NCBI RefSeq assembly: GCF_006345805.1
Contig: NW_021827630.1
Coordinates: forward strand, 1-10,108
Direction: 5' to 3'
Length of the DNA stretch: 10,108 nt
Source: Octopus sinensis
Lineage: Eukaryota
A program made the position numbers and the translations under genes. Positions 6,920 through 10,108 of this stretch are shown one piece after another (position 1 is the stretch's first letter; each line of letters begins with the position of its first letter). Under the pieces are notes generated by a model, which worked only from the letters and a program-made list of their open reading frames with translations, searched no databases and was not told the DNA's origin.

Positions 6920-7024
6920 AGTAAATCTCTTGTGACCAGTTGACAGTTTCTATTATTTAATAAACTCTGGATCTCATCGGTTCCAGGACGTTGCCACTTC
7001 ATAGTTGTATACCACAGGGAACAT

Positions 7025-7180
7025 TATACACGCATGCGCACACATGCACATGTACATGCTTATACATAAATGGGGTGGAGTCTGTATACATAAAAATAAA
7101 CATATATGTATATATTTGCATGTCTCTCAATATATATGTTTATCTGTATATGCATATATGCATATACACACATACACACA
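7025..7180. repeat. Degenerate alternating purine-pyrimidine (TA/CA/TG) low-complexity tract
   Basis: Read directly from sequence. Confidence 0.75.
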
Positions 7181-8093
7181 GATCTTCCTAAAGAAGAAAT
7201 AAAGAAAAATAACCTGACATTGCTATAAAATGTTTCGTTGGATATGAAATTGACATATATTGCTCAAGTCAGCGAGGGAATCTCTATTTGGTTGATTGAC
7301 CTGTTATAAAAAGCAGTTAGATCTCTCACGAATCTCACAACGCCATCTTAAAAATCACGCTTTAGATAATGTAGTAGCGGATATAGAATATGATTGGCTG
7401 GTTACTGTTGAATCACATTTGATTATAGGTTAATATATTTCGTGCTGAACTGGAGCTAAACAATATCAACAACTTCTGTTAAATTTTAGGGATGTGACAT
7501 GAGTAAATACTGTGACTCAGTCCTCGATGTTATCCCTATGCAAGCAATACATATCATTATTACATTTGCTTAAGATTTCCTGCTCTCTACAAGCGAGACA
7601 ATAAGGTCGATAGAAGTCTCAGTTTAGCAGTGTAAAGAGGACTAGTAATAAGTATAAACGATGACGTTCTGTAGAAAACTCCAGGCGTGTTCGAATGAAC
7701 TGTCTGATCTGTTTGGAGGATATTTGGTCCGTGGACTACCATGAATGACTTCAGCAGGAAAATGCCACCGTTCGAGGCTGTTCGAAATGTGTGTAGAGCG
7801 ACAAAACTGTATTGCACACACCGCTACAATGTTCAAGCATTGTTGACTTGTGGAGTCATGTCCGACGGTGCTTTTCAAAACCGATTGCCGGACAAATTCA
7901 TAGATTCTTTCTCTTTTTTGCTTTCATGTTCCCCTTAGATAGTAAAGTGAGGGTAGAGAAGGAAGTGTTCTTCATGCTGAATTTATGAAGCGTTGGTTGA
8001 CTATGGTATGAATGAACCTACTTTAAGCAGAAATAGCTGTAGAATCTTCCTCAAATTGCACTATTTTGAAAATTTGTGATCACGTTGGACAAA

Positions 8094-8100
8094 ACACACA

Positions 8101-8136
<36 letters not shown>

Positions 8137-8167
8137 ACGCACACACACACACACAGACACACACACA
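8094..8167. repeat. (CA)n microsatellite
   Basis: Read directly from sequence. Confidence 0.96.
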
Positions 8168-9544
8168 TGTAATTTAAGGTACGCAGTGTTGAAATAACAA
8201 CTGCTAATAGTTTCATGTCATGGAGACACGGTAATTTCTCAGATCTGTATTACGTGTCTTTTATCTTCAAGCACTCTTCCATGCTCAGTGCACCTAGTTA
8301 GTCCCATATGAGAACCAAGATGCAGGTCCATGACCAAACACGAGAAAAAACAAGAAGGTTGATGCAAAATGTGGAATGTGAAGACAATGGGTGAATAAAA
8401 CGGAAAAAAGGAAGAAAAGAAAGGAAAAACACATGAGTTGCGTCCCCTTTGTCCACAGACAACATAATCTAGCTGGTGTAGAATAATTGAACAGTGAACA
8501 TGAAAAATATACGAGACAGGTGCTCATTCTGGGGAGGGTGGTGTCTAGTAGTTCATCAAAAGGAATTTGCCCATGTGATTGCATTCGCTGAAATTTTCGG
8601 ATCTGGAATTAAGTAGTGCGGTGGAATCTTGGATATAAAAAGAATGCAGTATCTTGCTGCAACGCATAATTTGCATATCTTTGATGCATATATATATATA
8701 TGGCATAAATTTCTCCACGGGTTTCCTCTTAACTTTATGTGGTGTGTTTTTAGTCTTCGAATCCCATTTGCGGCTAACTAACTTAGTATTGTTGATGCGT
8801 TGAAAAAAAGGCAGATGGCTTGCATAATGTCTTCTAGAATTGACTTCTCATAAACCGACGAAATTTTTCTTTTTGATTAAGTTAACTTGTAGCACTATTG
8901 TGACTTCGGTCTCATACCATACAGAGTTTATCAAACGCACCCGATCGAGTGGGCAAGTTTCAGGGACTCTATAGTTACAACCGGAAAAGCGCTCTTGGTG
9001 TGGTTTGCGGGTCATAGTGTGCTTCATATTCAGGCAGCAACCGTATGACATTTTTATTGAGCGTTTTAAAAAAATCTTCCTCTATTTATGGTTTAACGGA
9101 AGATGCTTGTCTAATAATGCCAGGGATTTCTTACTACGTTAGTTTTAGCATTTAGGGAGAGAAGAAAGGTGGAGCGAACCATATTATTTTCCTTGTTTTA
9201 CTTCTATGTTTTATATTTTTAATTGAAGGATTGTAAGCTTTGAATCCGCTGTTGGCTGTGGCTTTGTTATAATAAGTGACGGCCTTATCAGATATCTCAT
9301 TTGAAGAGAAGAGATTAGTCATTCTATTACTGCTGTTGGCTATTAGTTTTTAAAGACTGTAGGGGACCAATGACAGGGCTGTCACCATCCTATAGTGGAA
9401 ACAACTCTTGATTGTCTTCCTTTGCTTCTCTTTCTTTTTCTATTACACTGTGTACAATGATATTTATCACTCACTTGATGGAGTACTATTTTGTTTATCC
9501 TCCTAATTACAGAACCGTAAACTATTTATATACATGTATACATT

Positions 9545-9860
9545 ATGCGAAAAAATGTCACTAAATCAGTATACAAAGCACTCCGAAAATAGACTGTGCT
9601 GGACTAAGCATCGAGAATCCTCACGTTATTGAATACATATATAAGCATCAACACAAAAGACTATTGCTGGAATATTGCCAGCCAAACTTCTAACAAGTGC
9701 AAACTAAACAAGCCAGGTATCCTTATTTGGGACAAAAACGTTAAAGTGTGTACCGTCATAGAGGTCAACTGCCCTGCTGATGTGAAATTCTCCGAAAATC
9801 AAGGTGAAAGACGATAAGTACCAGCTTCAAAACATTCAGCTTTTATATTACGAAAAATCC
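9545..9860 (+). mobile_element. Decayed fragment of an RLE-type (R2 superfamily, R4/Dong-like) non-LTR retrotransposon: end of the zinc knuckle plus restriction-like endonuclease domain
   Basis: Across three frameshifts: MRKNVTKSVYKALRK / IDCAGLSIENPHVIEYIYKHQHK / DYCWNIASQTSNKCKLNKPGILIWDKNVKVCTVIEVNCPADVKFS / KIKVKDDKYQLQNIQLLY. This fits the RLE pattern RH(D/N)...W...N(R/K)PD(I/V).(I/V).DK...C..I(D/E)V..P.D.N...K..K..KY. The catalytic PD reads PG (GGT 9716-9718). Confidence 0.8.
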
Positions 9861-9987
9861 ACACACATACACAAACAAAAAAACACCCACAAGAAATAGC
9901 CAAGCTCACTTAAATTTTTTCACACACCACACACACCACACCACACCACAACACACACACACACATATATTATCATATATATACATA
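9861..9987. repeat. CA-rich simple repeats: (CA)n, (CACCA)n and a TA-rich end
   Basis: Read directly from sequence. Confidence 0.85.
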
Positions 9988-10108
9988 TTTCATTACAATA
10001 GTAATTGGCACACTTGTTTATGAATATTTGCCAAAAGTGGCAATCTAGTAATTGATGACTTTTCACCAAACACACGTACAATCCATAAACGGGAAGAGCA
10101 GGAGTATG

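Noticed and set aside
6991-7202. Two 65-66 aa ORFs
   Set aside because: They are derived from the degenerate TA/CA tract.
7587-7938. Three overlapping 65-78 aa ORFs and a strong-looking plus-strand acceptor ending at 7938
   Set aside because: No recognisable domain and no consistent acceptor-ORF-donor model; cannot be excluded without RNA-seq.
8294-9051. ORFs 8294..8584 (-) and 8848..9051 (-), and the acceptor-like CCCCTTTGTCCACAG ending at 8458
   Set aside because: The first is largely the F/L/S translation of an A/G-rich tract, the second has no recognised homology, and all three frames stop soon after the acceptor.

Overview
AT-rich, repeat-dense eukaryotic DNA, most likely intronic or intergenic. 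The SINE types and microsatellite load suggest an octopod cephalopod (inference from recognition, not a search). No intact protein-coding gene, RNA gene or CRISPR array is supported; most ORFs in the track are by-products of microsatellites or SINEs. Contents: the frameshifted 3' end of a CR1-group LINE (1-826, +); four tRNA-derived SINE copies of two families (family A at 2831-3241 - and 4861-5272 +; family B at 4100-4408 - with a 12-bp target-site duplication, and 5314-5609 +); a decayed restriction-like-endonuclease (R4/Dong-like) LINE fragment (9545-9860, +); a 58-bp putative retroposon 3' end inside an (AAT)n array; a degenerate ~65-bp minisatellite; and many simple repeats. The best finding is that family-A SINEs share the LINE's 3' terminus (18/18 identical in one copy), including two tandem hairpins, one with a compensatory base-pair change, pointing to a SINE/LINE parasite-partner pair visible in one window. 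Also noted: interleaved inverted SINE pairs (possible dsRNA/ADAR substrates), a perfect estrogen-response-element palindrome, and weak candidate exons. Novelty cannot be established without database searches.
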